NCBI GenBank assembly: GCA_963780625.1
Contig: CAWACH010000006.1
Location: forward strand, 472,798 to 536,797
Source: an uncultured Methanocellaceae archaeon
Lineage (GTDB): Archaea > Halobacteriota > Methanocellia > Methanocellales > Methanocellaceae
Reading direction: 5' to 3'
Length of the DNA stretch: 64,000 bases
Numbering within the stretch: position 1 is the stretch's first letter; each line of letters opens with the position of its first letter. Shown here in pieces: positions 1 to 11,203 of this stretch. The translations under genes were made by a program, and so were the position numbers. The notes beneath the pieces are model-generated. The model ran no database searches. It was not told the DNA's origin and was given only the letters and a program-made list of their open reading frames with translations.

Positions 1-935
1 TATTTCAAGATACGCGGCCTATCCCGTGTATCCTTGAATTCGACCTGATCTCCTTCTTTGAGGCCAGATAGCCATTTCATGGGTACGGGAATACAGGCAT
101 CGGTCGGCGATACGGAAGGTACCTTCTGTTCGGTAGGCGTAAGCCATATGCGGGCGGGGCCGATAGTTTTCCCGAAGCCGTCGTGCTTTGGGCTCCACCT
201 TACCACAGTTGGTGCACTCATGATAGGCCCGAGGCGGAGCTTATGTCCGGCCAGGTCCATGAAAATACGGCACTTTTTATTTAGCTCTGTCCCGGCACGG
301 CGTACGTTGGCGATCATCTTCGACCATACTTTCTCATCGTCGTTGGCGCAGTTGATCCTTACGCAATCCATGCCTCTGGCGACCAGCTCTTTCACCATTT
401 TATAATCGCTGGCGGACTGATGGGGCATAGTTACCATGATGTACGTGCTCCGCTTATGGGGAGCGCTGCCGAATAGCCCTTTAGTATGAATATCAAGCAA
501 TTCGATACCGCGGGCAAGGTCGACGGGAGCTGTAGGCATGTCTGTCTCAGCGTCCCTGCATGCCAGTCTTTTAAGGACGTCCAGCACTGCGATGAGGTTA
601 GACATGACGTGTAGCTCGGACCGGCCTAAGGATGACAGGCCCAGAGAGGCTAATTCCGATTGCAGCTCCCGGATATCGTGCTGGCGCAACGCCAGGTAAT
701 GAAGAAAATTCCGGGCGCTATCCCGGTAGCAGGGATTTACCTCATTCAACTCTTTTGTAAAGCTCGCTTCCATCTTTACCATGTCATCGAGAATGGCCTC
801 AAGCTCGTCGATGAGCTTTTCAAGATGATCTATGTCCCAATTTTTAAGAATACTACTCGTGTTTTTTTCCTGCCTTGAAGAATCAGCATTATCCCGTTTG
901 CTTTTCGTCGTTTTGTTAGACCGCGATAGCTGCAT
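1..935 (-). CDS. pyk: Pyruvate kinase (long-N-terminus type), 5' part; runs off the window edge
   Basis: Manual translation from ATG at 935: ...SARNFLHYLALRQHDIRELQ...STYIMVTMP...GMDCVRINCANDD...IFMDLAGHKLRLGP. These match the PK motifs (RiNxxH-like, MDLaGpKlR). Not in the ORF track because there is no stop in the window. Confidence 0.85.
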   Translation of the reverse strand, partial: MQLSRSNKTTKSKRDNADSSRQEKNTSSILKNWDIDHLEKLIDELEAILDDMVKMEASFTKELNEVNPCYRDSARNFLHYLALRQHDIRELQSELASLGLSSLGRSELHVMSNLIAVLDVLKRLACRDAETDMPTAPVDLARGIELLDIHTKGLFGSAPHKRSTYIMVTMPHQSASDYKMVKELVARGMDCVRINCANDDEKVWSKMIANVRRAGTELNKKCRIFMDLAGHKLRLGPIMSAPTVVRWSPKHDGFGKTIGPARIWLTPTEQKVPSVSPTDACIPVPMKWLSGLKEGDQVEFKDTRDRPRILK

Positions 936-1532
936 AAAACAACCTAAAAGTTATACAATCGTTTATGGAGTTAAGCCATTCCTCCATATAATATATATTC
1001 CAGATAATGTTTAGATATTTTTTATATCATGTATTTATAATTGAGCTTTATGTACATCGATTTATCAGGAAATCGCCCTTAAAGGCAGCGATAATATTAC
1101 CTGAAAAAGGACACAAATGAGCATATAATGAAATTATTTTCTATATCAATAATACACGTCCCCTGCACGAAAGTGCAGGGAAACCATGTCATTTATCGGA
1201 GGCTAAATTTCTACAACATTATACTATCCAGATCCGGGAAATAGATTACTAACATAGAATAAGTTCGCTTGATGGACATATATATTCTATACAGTAGCTA
1301 ATGGCCATGTCCTTAGAACTCCAGTTAATGCATTGGGTCATATAAAGAAGAATCCTTTTGAATTCCGGGAATAAAAAATACCGCGCGGTTAAATACGAAT
1401 GCATTGACGTCGCCGGATAAAATCGCCAGGCATTCATCCTTGAGCTTATAAATTTTTTAATAAATATAAAATATAGTTTTACGTAGTCTATATAGGATAG
1501 GCTAATGCTGTCATTTATCGTCATATATCATC

Positions 1533-1766
1533 ATGTCAAAAAGTCCATACTGGGCAATGATAGGTGCTGTGATCGGCTTTTTCATCGGCGCAATACTGAT
1601 CATGTTGTTCACTGCGGATTTTTCAATAAGCAATATAGTCACATTTCCCGGAGATGGCTTATCGCATCCTAACATGCAGCTTCGCGTAATGTTTTTAACG
1701 ATATGCACGTTAATGGGAATTTTGATAGGCTTTTCCAGCGGCATGGTGACAAGCCAGCAAAAATAA
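1533..1766 (+). CDS. Small two-TM membrane protein, unknown function
   Basis: 77 aa ORF with two hydrophobic helices; CTATATAG box at 1488 upstream. Confidence 0.6.
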   Translation: MSKSPYWAMIGAVIGFFIGAILIMLFTADFSISNIVTFPGDGLSHPNMQLRVMFLTICTLMGILIGFSSGMVTSQQK

Positions 1767-1788
1767 TTTTGCTATATTTTAAAAAAGC

Positions 1789-2241
1789 TTAAGCGATGTG
1801 CTTCTGCCTATATTTTACGTTCATTGCTATATATGCTATAGCGCCTGCAAGGAACATGGCAAGCCCGACGAATATGCCCGGGCCGATAAATGAAGCGTTA
1901 CTAAATATGCCATAGAATATGCTGGTACCCATGAGTAATGCGCTTGCGTTATTTATCGAAACAAGTATGCCGCCAGTGGTAATGGCGATGAGCGCGCTGG
2001 TCCCTATTGCCCGGGAGCCCGGAAGTGTTGACAGCACGTACGATGGTACGGTAAGGCTCAGGGATAACAGCAGTTTTAGCGCGATAAAGCCTATTATGCC
2101 TGATGCCCCGAGGGCCGCCAGCATTGTCGGGTTAGCCTCGGCATTGATGCCGTAGCGGTAAACGCCCGCACAAGTGGTCAGCGCGTCCAGCCCGAAGTAA
2201 GTGACAAACGCCGTTAAGCCCAGGACTTTGTTATTCAGCAA
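1789..2241 (-). CDS. DUF5658-like membrane protein
   Basis: LDALTT...EANP...F..LK pattern and about 4 TM helices; paralog at 25808-26224. Confidence 0.65.
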   Translation of the reverse strand: MLNNKVLGLTAFVTYFGLDALTTCAGVYRYGINAEANPTMLAALGASGIIGFIALKLLLSLSLTVPSYVLSTLPGSRAIGTSALIAITTGGILVSINNASALLMGTSIFYGIFSNASFIGPGIFVGLAMFLAGAIAYIAMNVKYRQKHIA

Positions 2242-2449
2242 TATAAATGACCATTTTACAGGTTTTTATTTGGCCCACTTTCGATAGGTTATATAGCGTT
2301 TATATTTAGACTATATGCGCCAATATATTTTACATATAAGCGCATGTTTTTAAGTGTATTGCTCTAAAAAAGTTTTTCCCGACAATATATAGCCTATATA
2401 ATGCCATATTTTCTATTGAGCCAACTGTTTTATAACACGCAGTCAAAGC

Positions 2450-3406
2450 TTGTGCATGTGTAATAAGCCACATGCAGGAGCGATACGTCATCCGGGCCAT
2501 GTCACCATACTCGTAAATATCTGTGTACTCGCCCTTTTTCTGATCAATATCGGCCCGGCCGCTTCTGCACAATCAGTTTCGGGCGACGGCTATAATGCGT
2601 CTAACAATGTTATCATCAATCCCACGCCGACGCCGATCGTTTATCCTACCCCGTTGCCGCCTTCATCTATGCTGTCGGGATATATTTTAGATTCCCGGGG
2701 AAATAAAGTCCCTGATGCATATGTGACTTTATTTATTGACTCGACCATTGCCCCCATTGACGGTAATCCGGCATACATCGGGAACATTCAAGGAAGCGAT
2801 GTCGGCGCATATAGTTTTTCCGGCCTCATACCCGGCAATTATAGTGTTAAAGCTGAGAAAGACGATATTTGGCTGTATAACGGCACAGCCTCGATATGGA
2901 TCCTGGGCAATACGGATGCGCGACTGGATGTTACGTTAGTAAATTACGTGTTTTCACCGCGATTAAGTCCTACTCCTGAACCTTTACCGGAAGAGCAGCC
3001 GACTATATTGCCGATCCCCGTGCCATCGACAACCGGGGATACTGAAAAAAGCCTTATCGGTAGTTTCAGCCCGTTAATAATTCTGCCAGCTATATTCGGT
3101 ATAATAGTTATCATAGGAGCGATTATTTTTTATAGGGTTAATAAAAGGCCGGCGTCCGCGCAAAAGGCCGTAAAGGCATTGCCGAATAAACAGGCCCCGG
3201 TACCCGGAGTATCCTCGATCATTTTCCAGGCGGGCCCTGAATACACGAGAGACATAGAAGAGCTGGCGGCGATCAGCAGTTCAAGCGGCATGACCGACTC
3301 TGGCTTTATTAAAAAGATCAATGAAGTTGCTAAAAAGTATGGTATCGATCAGAATCGACTCTTCTATGACATTAAAAAAGTCAGAGGGAATAAAGATAAA
3401 AAATAG
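2450..3406 (+). CDS. Membrane-anchored protein: signal peptide, carboxypeptidase-regulatory-like Ig domain, Pro/Thr linker, TM helix, cytoplasmic C-terminal domain
   Basis: SGYILDSRGNKVPDAYVTL...GAYSFSGLIPGNYSVKAEK, PTP linkers, TM near residues 208-228; start codon uncertain. Confidence 0.75.
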   Translation: MCMCNKPHAGAIRHPGHVTILVNICVLALFLINIGPAASAQSVSGDGYNASNNVIINPTPTPIVYPTPLPPSSMLSGYILDSRGNKVPDAYVTLFIDSTIAPIDGNPAYIGNIQGSDVGAYSFSGLIPGNYSVKAEKDDIWLYNGTASIWILGNTDARLDVTLVNYVFSPRLSPTPEPLPEEQPTILPIPVPSTTGDTEKSLIGSFSPLIILPAIFGIIVIIGAIIFYRVNKRPASAQKAVKALPNKQAPVPGVSSIIFQAGPEYTRDIEELAAISSSSGMTDSGFIKKINEVAKKYGIDQNRLFYDIKKVRGNKDKK

Positions 3407-3638
3407 CCCTAAGATTATAAATAGCCCCGGCACATGCAGAGCAGTTATTACAATAATATATTTTTCAAAGATGTTCGAGATATTTATAGAAAATGTTTTT
3501 CTATATACATCGTGTGAAAAAGGTCATTCTATAAAATCGACATGACATATATATACTGATAAATATTGCACTGTTTTCTATACTGATTTTGCTTATATAG
3601 GTTATACGGCTAGAGCTTATTACTATTAATCGCCGCAT

Positions 3639-6600
3639 ATGGGGGTTATTGTAATAAAGCCTAAGGCCGGTATATCCAGGATATCTCTTTTAAACAGGTA
3701 TCAGCGTACACAAAAAACGAAGATCGCGTTCATATCGATGGTCCTCATAGTAACGCTTGTTTTCATCATGCCTGCAGCCATTGCCGATACGCAGACCGGC
3801 GTGAGGGTGTATGCGGATAACTTCTCCGTTAACGGGACAACGATACCGGTCAATATCGGCTATGCGATAAACGACACCGGAACAGGCGAAGTCATGCTGG
3901 AAATAATGTCGCTCGATGATACGATCATCAGACGGTTCGAATGCGGCGATAAAGGCAACGGCTCATATAATGTCTCCTGGGACGGAAAAGATAACAACGG
4001 CACTGCTGTCCCTGCAGGGAATTACACGGTCATGGCCTGTTATTATCCCGACAGCTTTACGATAAGCGGAAAATGGGGAAGCACCGGCATCGGGGACGGG
4101 CAGTTCAAACGCCCCTCCGGTATCGCAGTAGATAAGACGGGAGACGTGTATGTCGCCGATTACGACAATTGCCAGATACAAAAGTTTGACCCTTCCGGTA
4201 TGTTCTTGCTCAAATGGGGAGGCAAGGGCAACGAGAATGGCGAGTTCAACTATCCTGCGGGCATTGCAGTGGGCGAGACAGGCAACACATATGTCGTAGA
4301 CCTGGGTAACTCGAGAGTAGAGATGTTTACATCGGACGGCGAATACCTGTCACAGTGGGGCGGGGAAGGCAGCGGTCCCGGCAGGTTCGATATGCCTCAT
4401 GGAATAGCCATCGACAGTGATGGGAACGTGTATGTCGCCGATATGGGCAACAGTCGCATCCAAAAATTCACTTCAACGGGCAAATACCTCGGCGAATGGG
4501 GCGGAATAGGCAGAGATAACGGGAGTTTTATATGCCCTGTCGATGTAGCGGTCGATGACAATAACGATGTATACGTCACAGATATTGACACTAACAGAGT
4601 ACAGGAATTTACCGGGGATGGAAAATATATCGCCGGCTGGGGAAGCACGGGCAGCGGGCCGGGACAATTCAAAGGCGCCGACGGCATAGACATAGACGGA
4701 TCGGGATACGTTTTTGTATCGGACATCGACAATCACCGCATACAAAAGTTCAGCCCTGACGGTACTTCCGCAGGATCGATAGAGCTGGGCGGCATCGGCT
4801 CCGTTAAAGATATCGCGCCTGCCGGGATCGTGGTAAACGGGCCGGACAGCGTCTATGTTACCGACTTTTCTAACGATGACGTGCAAAGCCTCACCTACGA
4901 TGCGGGAAGAGAAAACACAGTCATTCAAAATGAGACGAACTTCACGCTGAATGCTGTTATGGGAATTTCAGCCTTAGACCAAATTGTCACGCAGCAAAGC
5001 ACCGGCGCGCCGGTGACTACCTTGAACTTGACCGGCACGGCTGGAAATAATAGCTGGTACAGGTCGAATGTGACAATTACGCTCGCCGCATCCGATAAGA
5101 GCGGCAGCGGTATCCGGTTTACAGATTATAGCTTCGATAACGCTACCTGGTACCAGTATAACGGCCCGCTAAACATTGGCGATGAAGGCACAACGACGGT
5201 CTATTATTATTCGGCCGATAACCAGAATAACGTAGAGCAGATAAGATCTGACAACGTCAGGGTCGACATGACACCTCCTAAAGTCAATGGCTCTGCTACA
5301 GGTAAGCCCGTGGTCAAAGACTGGTATACCGGGACAGTTACTGTACATTTCGTTGCCAACGATACTTTATCCGGAGTCATCAGCGTGACACCGGACCAAA
5401 CGATATCTACCGACGGGCCTGACCAGAGTGTTACCGGCATCGCTACTGACCTGGCGGGGAACATAGGAACGACGAACGTAAGCCTGAACATCGATAATGC
5501 CTATCCTCAGACCACATGTTTACTAAGCGGCATGCCCGGAGGTAACGGATGGTATAAGTCCGACGTACAGGTGAACTTTAGCTCTTCCGACGGCAAAGGC
5601 AGCGGCGTGAAAACGACGGAGTACAGCCTCGACGGAGGTAACTGGAATCCGGCATCGCCGTTCATCATCACTAAAGAAGGCATCACCACCGTTTACTATC
5701 GCTCGACCGATGAAGTAGGAAACGTAGAGCCGGTGAATACACAGGTCGTCATGATCGACAAGAGCCTCCCCGTTATCAGCGGGCATATTTACTCTCCAGC
5801 CCCACTCGTCAAAGGCTGGTATACGGATTACGTTACCGTCTACTTCACGGCGACGGATGCTTATTCTGGCGTCGCGGGCGTAACTTTGCCCCAAAATTTA
5901 ACGTTGGACGGCGCGTACCAGTCGGTGATCGGCGTCGCAACGGATAACGCCAGTAATACGGCCAGCACTGTGGTCGGCGGCATTAACATCGACTGCCACC
6001 CGCCTATGACTACGTGTAGCCTCGCGGGCTATGGCGGAGGCACCGGCGATAATACGTGGTATAGGGACGACGTCACAGTTACGCTGGCAGCGACAGACGC
6101 CGGCAGCGGCGTGAATTATACGCAGTATAGCTTCGACCTGGTAAATTGGACTATTTACCAGCATCCGTTCACGGTCAATGAGACTTCTAAAGTATATTTT
6201 TATTCGACCGATAACGTAGGAAACAAGGAATTCCCTGAAGAGCGGGACATAAATATCGACAGGACGCCGCCCGTGATGAGTTCGATGAACCTGACGAAGC
6301 CGAACGCGGACGGATGGTATACTGATACGGCGATAATACACTTTACCGCCACGGATGACATGTCCGGAGTAGGCAGCATAAGCCCGGACATATATCTTTC
6401 CAGCGACGGCCCGAACCAGACGGTCACAGGATACGCATCGGATATGGCGGGAAATATAGCTTCATTTACGGTTAGCGGTTTCAATATCGACATTAACGCT
6501 CCCGTGACCGCCTGCACCCTAAACAATACTCCCGAGGAGGATGGCTGGTTTAGATCAAACGTCCAGGCGACACTGTTGTCATCGGATAACAGCGGCACCG

Positions 6601-8546
6601 GGTCGAATGCGACTAACTATAGCTTCGACGGGTTAACGTGGTATCAATACACTAAGCCTCTCAATATTACTAACGAGGGCATAAATGTGCTCTATTACAA
6701 CTCGACGGACAATGTAAGACATGTCGAGCCGATCAACGCCAGGAATATTAAGATCGACAGGTCCTCGCCAAGCATCGCCTACGAAATAGAGGGCGGAACA
6801 CCCGTGAACGGATGGTATACGCAAAACGTCACCGTACACTTCATAGCATCCGACCTCGTTTCAGGGATCAAGAGCGTAACGCCGGACGTAATATTAACAA
6901 AAGACGGCGCCTCCCAGGCAGTCAACGGCAGCGCCACGGATAAAGCCGGTAACGGCGCATTCGTGCTGGCATCCGGAATAAACATAGATAAAACGACCCC
7001 GTCTACGCACATCTCGCTCGCCGGCACGTTGGGCAACAACGGGTGGTACACGACGCCGGTGACCGTGAGCCTGACAGCGACAGATGGGAACGGCACAGGC
7101 GTTAACCGGACATGGTATAGCCTGGATAATGTCACCTGGTCCAGGGGTACTTCATTCACGCTTTCAGTTAACGGCCTTTACACCGTTTACTACTATTCGA
7201 CTGATAACGTGAGTAACACGGAAGCCATTAAAGCACAAACGATAAAGATCGACCTGAACGGCCCGGAAATCCATGGCAATACACTCATCGGGCCTACGAG
7301 CAATAACTGGTATAATACTAGCGTGACCGTGCATTTCTCAGCCACTGATAACATGTCCGGCGTAGCCTTTGTAACGCCGGACCAGACCCTGTCCGATGAC
7401 GGGGCTAACCAGATGGTCACCGGATATGCGACCGATAATGCAGGAAATATCGAAAATTTCACCGCATACGGGATCAACATCGATAAGCAAACGCCCGATA
7501 CGACTTGCTATATCAATGGTACCAACGGGACGAACGGCTGGTATACTTCAGACGTAAAGATCACGCTGGCGACCTCTGACATGGACGGCGCCGCATTAAC
7601 CACAAGGCACAGCCTTGACGACAAGAGCTGGTCTATATCTAACCCGTTCTACATTACCAGCGAGGGCAATACCACTGTATTTTACTATACCATAGACGGG
7701 GCGAATAATACCGAGGCAGTTAAGTCGGTAAACTTAAACATCGATAAGACCGCCCCGACGATCACGTGTGCTGTTAACGGTACCATGGGTACGCCGGACG
7801 CATACCGCTCTAACGTCGCAGTCTCTTTCTCGGCTTCCGACAGCGGCAACTCGGGACTCCTAAAGGCAGAATATAGCATGGACGGAACAAGCTGGACGCC
7901 GATCAATAATTTTAGCCTGACGAACGACGGAAAATATAACATCCAGTACCGTGCCGGCGATAATGCCGGCAATGGCGCTTCAGGAACGCGGACTATCATA
8001 ATAGACCGGAGCACGCCGAACGTTAACTATACCGACCCGCAAAGCTATGGCGAAGGCGCGTTCGTAGACGACAGCATCATCGCAAGGTTTACCGAGCCGA
8101 TGGACCCTGCGACCATCAATAACAGCACCTTCACACTGGCCGCTGCCGATGGCACATTAGTGAACGGCAGCATACAATACACTCAAAACGGCGATCAATA
8201 CGGCAACGTATCATTTAAGCCGCTTAATGAATTGGACGCAGACACCATGTATACGGCCGCTTTGTCCTCGGGCGTGAGAGATATTGCGGGCAATACGCTT
8301 GCTGATAACTACGCCTGGATCTTTACTACGGGCGACCAGGCAAGGAATGGCGGCAATATCGTTACGATAGCAACGCCTACACCTGAGCCGACTCCCGAGA
8401 GCACGCCGTTGCCGACCGCAGCGCCTGCAGGGCTGCCCATTATAGGCCAGTTGCCCTCAAATATCCTTACGATACTACTGGCATTCCTCGCCATAGCGGT
8501 GGTGGGCGGAGCTGCGATGGTATACCTGTTCTTTATCAGGAAATAA
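3639..8546 (+). CDS. Large cell-surface protein: FlgD-type Ig domain, NHL-repeat beta-propeller, about 12 tandem Ig-like repeats, SbsA/Big_5-like Ig domain, C-terminal TM anchor
   Basis: VSWDGKDNNGTAVPAGNY (FlgD-Ig); repeated GxFxxPxGIAVDxxGxVYVAD (NHL); repeated GWY...STDNVGN; FTEPMDPATIN...GVRDIAGNTL; PT linker, TM and RK tail. Confidence 0.9.
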   Translation: MGVIVIKPKAGISRISLLNRYQRTQKTKIAFISMVLIVTLVFIMPAAIADTQTGVRVYADNFSVNGTTIPVNIGYAINDTGTGEVMLEIMSLDDTIIRRFECGDKGNGSYNVSWDGKDNNGTAVPAGNYTVMACYYPDSFTISGKWGSTGIGDGQFKRPSGIAVDKTGDVYVADYDNCQIQKFDPSGMFLLKWGGKGNENGEFNYPAGIAVGETGNTYVVDLGNSRVEMFTSDGEYLSQWGGEGSGPGRFDMPHGIAIDSDGNVYVADMGNSRIQKFTSTGKYLGEWGGIGRDNGSFICPVDVAVDDNNDVYVTDIDTNRVQEFTGDGKYIAGWGSTGSGPGQFKGADGIDIDGSGYVFVSDIDNHRIQKFSPDGTSAGSIELGGIGSVKDIAPAGIVVNGPDSVYVTDFSNDDVQSLTYDAGRENTVIQNETNFTLNAVMGISALDQIVTQQSTGAPVTTLNLTGTAGNNSWYRSNVTITLAASDKSGSGIRFTDYSFDNATWYQYNGPLNIGDEGTTTVYYYSADNQNNVEQIRSDNVRVDMTPPKVNGSATGKPVVKDWYTGTVTVHFVANDTLSGVISVTPDQTISTDGPDQSVTGIATDLAGNIGTTNVSLNIDNAYPQTTCLLSGMPGGNGWYKSDVQVNFSSSDGKGSGVKTTEYSLDGGNWNPASPFIITKEGITTVYYRSTDEVGNVEPVNTQVVMIDKSLPVISGHIYSPAPLVKGWYTDYVTVYFTATDAYSGVAGVTLPQNLTLDGAYQSVIGVATDNASNTASTVVGGINIDCHPPMTTCSLAGYGGGTGDNTWYRDDVTVTLAATDAGSGVNYTQYSFDLVNWTIYQHPFTVNETSKVYFYSTDNVGNKEFPEERDINIDRTPPVMSSMNLTKPNADGWYTDTAIIHFTATDDMSGVGSISPDIYLSSDGPNQTVTGYASDMAGNIASFTVSGFNIDINAPVTACTLNNTPEEDGWFRSNVQATLLSSDNSGTGSNATNYSFDGLTWYQYTKPLNITNEGINVLYYNSTDNVRHVEPINARNIKIDRSSPSIAYEIEGGTPVNGWYTQNVTVHFIASDLVSGIKSVTPDVILTKDGASQAVNGSATDKAGNGAFVLASGINIDKTTPSTHISLAGTLGNNGWYTTPVTVSLTATDGNGTGVNRTWYSLDNVTWSRGTSFTLSVNGLYTVYYYSTDNVSNTEAIKAQTIKIDLNGPEIHGNTLIGPTSNNWYNTSVTVHFSATDNMSGVAFVTPDQTLSDDGANQMVTGYATDNAGNIENFTAYGINIDKQTPDTTCYINGTNGTNGWYTSDVKITLATSDMDGAALTTRHSLDDKSWSISNPFYITSEGNTTVFYYTIDGANNTEAVKSVNLNIDKTAPTITCAVNGTMGTPDAYRSNVAVSFSASDSGNSGLLKAEYSMDGTSWTPINNFSLTNDGKYNIQYRAGDNAGNGASGTRTIIIDRSTPNVNYTDPQSYGEGAFVDDSIIARFTEPMDPATINNSTFTLAAADGTLVNGSIQYTQNGDQYGNVSFKPLNELDADTMYTAALSSGVRDIAGNTLADNYAWIFTTGDQARNGGNIVTIATPTPEPTPESTPLPTAAPAGLPIIGQLPSNILTILLAFLAIAVVGGAAMVYLFFIRK

Positions 8547-8638
8547 AAAAATATTTTTCTTTACTATATACAGACTATATACCCCTAAGTAATCTCAATA
8601 GTGAGTTCTTTAGTAATACTTCGTAGTAATCTTTCCAG

Positions 8639-9605
8639 GTGTCTGGTAAACGCCGTGTCAGGAAGAACTTGCTTATGGCCTGCGGGGCAGGACCGTTCAT
8701 TGCGGTATCGCTGCTAGCGATATTAAGCTTACACGCGGCAGCATCGGATTCGATCGGCCAGATCTCGACCGGCAATAATACTATTATCGTAAATTCCAGC
8801 TCGACGAGTTCCATGCCTCAGTTTAACGGCGGAATAACAGGCTATATATATGATACAAAAGGTAACGGAGTACCGCAAGCATATATTGTACTATACAAAG
8901 ATGGCGTCCGGACACATGCGGATCCGATATTTTCTGGCGATGGCGATGATGGCTTAACGGGCGAATATGGATTTTCAGGCCTGGAGCCGGGTAACTATTC
9001 GGTCATCGCAGAGATCGCGGACGGGATCCAGTTCTATAATGGCACGGCTTTCTATGTCCTGGATATCAACGAAAGCACAGAATTGAATGTAACCATTAAT
9101 GGCTATGTCTTCACGCCCTGGCTCAAGCCTACCCCGACACCTACCGTAGAAGGCGCGGCCGACTGCGATACCGACGCCACTGCCGACGATAGTTCCGAGC
9201 CCTTCCGTGAATAGCGGCCAGGGCATACCGGGCTACCTCTATGCAGCCGTGCCGTTGATGGCGGCCGGCATAGGCGCTTTCATCTGGATAGGAAGACGGC
9301 CCGATAAAAAGAATGCGGCAGTACAAAAAAGCACACATATGGTAGCTACGGGCGGAAGTGCCTGGACGGTAAATACGAGTCAGGCGAACGCCCGGGAAAA
9401 TTTGCCCATGCTGAACACTTCACGGCTCTTCCGGAATAACCCCGACTACAGGCACGACATAGAGGACCTGAACTATGATAGTATCATGAATGGCTATAGT
9501 GAGATCGCGGTCCTCAATCGGGTAGACAGGCTGGCTAAAAAATATTCCGTTGACCAGCTCACCATTTTTCAGGATATTAGAATAACAAGATATAGAAGAT
9601 ATTAG
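8639..9605 (+). CDS. Paralog of 2450-3406, split by a frameshift near 9150-9210 (ORFs 8639-9214 and 9207-9605)
   Basis: GYIYDTKGNGVPQAYIVL...YGFSGLEPGNYSV in the first ORF. TM and PDYRHDIEDL...LAKKYSVDQ in the second ORF, matching the C-terminus of 2450-3406. Confidence 0.7.
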
Positions 9606-9647
9606 CCGGCGGGATCAATTATTGTAAAAATTATTAATAAACGGAAA

Positions 9648-10646
9648 ATGTCGTTAAAAAGTAATGACGAGGCTGTATCGGTGATCATAGCAACGCTCAT
9701 GCTCATCGTAGTCGCCATCGTAGGGGCTTTGACAGTCGCGTATATTATGGGAGCTTTTTCAACGAACGTTTCAAAACAAGTAACCCTTCCCGGATCGCCA
9801 ACCGCTACACCGGGCCCGTCCGAGAATATGCTGATCGGGGATAAAGCGCTTACATATCCGATCGACCAGCAGCTATCGAGCCAATACATGGCCGGCCATA
9901 AAGGGGTCGTTATTAGCGATCAGTGCAGCGATGAGGAAGATACGAACATCGTTGCCTTAGGAAAGAACATTACGGACATTGTAGTATTGCCTCATGCGCC
10001 GTCCCAGTCGACGCTATTCATGTATCCCGACCTTAGATCATATTTTATCGGCGGCAGGGCCATCGTAGTCATTGCAAATGTTAATCTCAACATATCATCC
10101 GTAAGCCAGTCCGACCTCTCCATGGTGTATAGCCAGTCCCAAAAAAGCATTCCCTCAAACCTATCCGGGCTAACAACGATCGTCAGGAATAATGACGGAA
10201 AAGGAAGCGAGGCGATATTTGCGGGGTGGCTGACCGATGGCGAAGCCTCAAGCCTGGATGGCTATATGGCGGCACCGGCGGGAGTCAATAATTATACGGC
10301 TGTCAGCGAGGCGGATGTTCTGGCTAAAGTTTCCAGTACTCCCGGAGCTATTGGTTTCATCGACTGGAAATACGTGGCGAATAATAGCCAGGTGAAAGTA
10401 GTACCTGTTATTAATAAGAACACGCTTGTCGCCCAGACGCCCACAGACCAGAGTATCAAGGGCGAGATCGTCGGGATGAACGATGCCGATTACGATACCG
10501 GATTGATCGGGCAGCTATACTACGTGACCAATGGGTCGCCAGGCTCGATGGCCGGCGATTATATAACCTGGAGCCAGTCGCCGGAAGGCGCGGCGCAGCT
10601 CAATAATTGTTATATGTATGGGACCGCGGAGCTAGGTGTAAATTAG
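9648..10646 (+). CDS. Class III (pilin-type) signal peptide fused to a degenerate PstS/PBP substrate-binding domain
   Basis: N-terminus KSNDEA|VSVIIATLMLIVVAIV; PBP-like AIVVIAN, VSSTPGAIGFID, LYYVTNGSP, YITWSQSPEG. Confidence 0.8.
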   Translation: MSLKSNDEAVSVIIATLMLIVVAIVGALTVAYIMGAFSTNVSKQVTLPGSPTATPGPSENMLIGDKALTYPIDQQLSSQYMAGHKGVVISDQCSDEEDTNIVALGKNITDIVVLPHAPSQSTLFMYPDLRSYFIGGRAIVVIANVNLNISSVSQSDLSMVYSQSQKSIPSNLSGLTTIVRNNDGKGSEAIFAGWLTDGEASSLDGYMAAPAGVNNYTAVSEADVLAKVSSTPGAIGFIDWKYVANNSQVKVVPVINKNTLVAQTPTDQSIKGEIVGMNDADYDTGLIGQLYYVTNGSPGSMAGDYITWSQSPEGAAQLNNCYMYGTAELGVN

Positions 10647-10755
10647 GCATCACTCCCAGATCCTAATTTAAAATATATAGTGGTAAATGGAGTATGGATG
10701 TGTAAATAGAATATAAAGGTGAATTTGATAGCTATTCTCATTGACATATTGGATT

Positions 10756-10956
10756 ATGAGCGATAGTTTAAACAAGTTTAAAGTTATCGTGGAAAAGAGT
10801 TTTTGTTCTAAGTGTAAAAGAGAAGTTCTTCCGACTGAAGTATTAGCGGATCAGGCCATATTGGTCGATAATGGTTATGTCGTTGGAATACAGGATAATA
10901 ATCTTATCCATAAAAAATGCGGCGGTAAAGTCCGGCCGTTATTACTGAATTATTGA
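10756..10956 (+). CDS. Small putative zinc-ribbon protein
   Basis: CSKC ... HKKCGG; ATG at 10756 (ORF track starts at TTG 10741). Confidence 0.55.
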   Translation: MSDSLNKFKVIVEKSFCSKCKREVLPTEVLADQAILVDNGYVVGIQDNNLIHKKCGGKVRPLLLNY

Positions 10957-11203
10957 TCAACCCCTCAGACATTAATAAGTGATTTTTTTAGGTTTACAAA
11001 GTAGGCGATAGTGGACTATATAGAATATTGTAACAACCTTTATTTACTCAATTATTTGCTTAACAATAGAGCAGATCATAAGAAATAGAGAGGGCCTCTT
11101 CGCCCATAGCCTGCGTTTTACTGGAATAGCCGATGGGATAAGCCATCTAGGGAACGACAAAGGAGGAATAATCATCACTGGCCAAAAAAAATTTAATTCC
11201 AAA

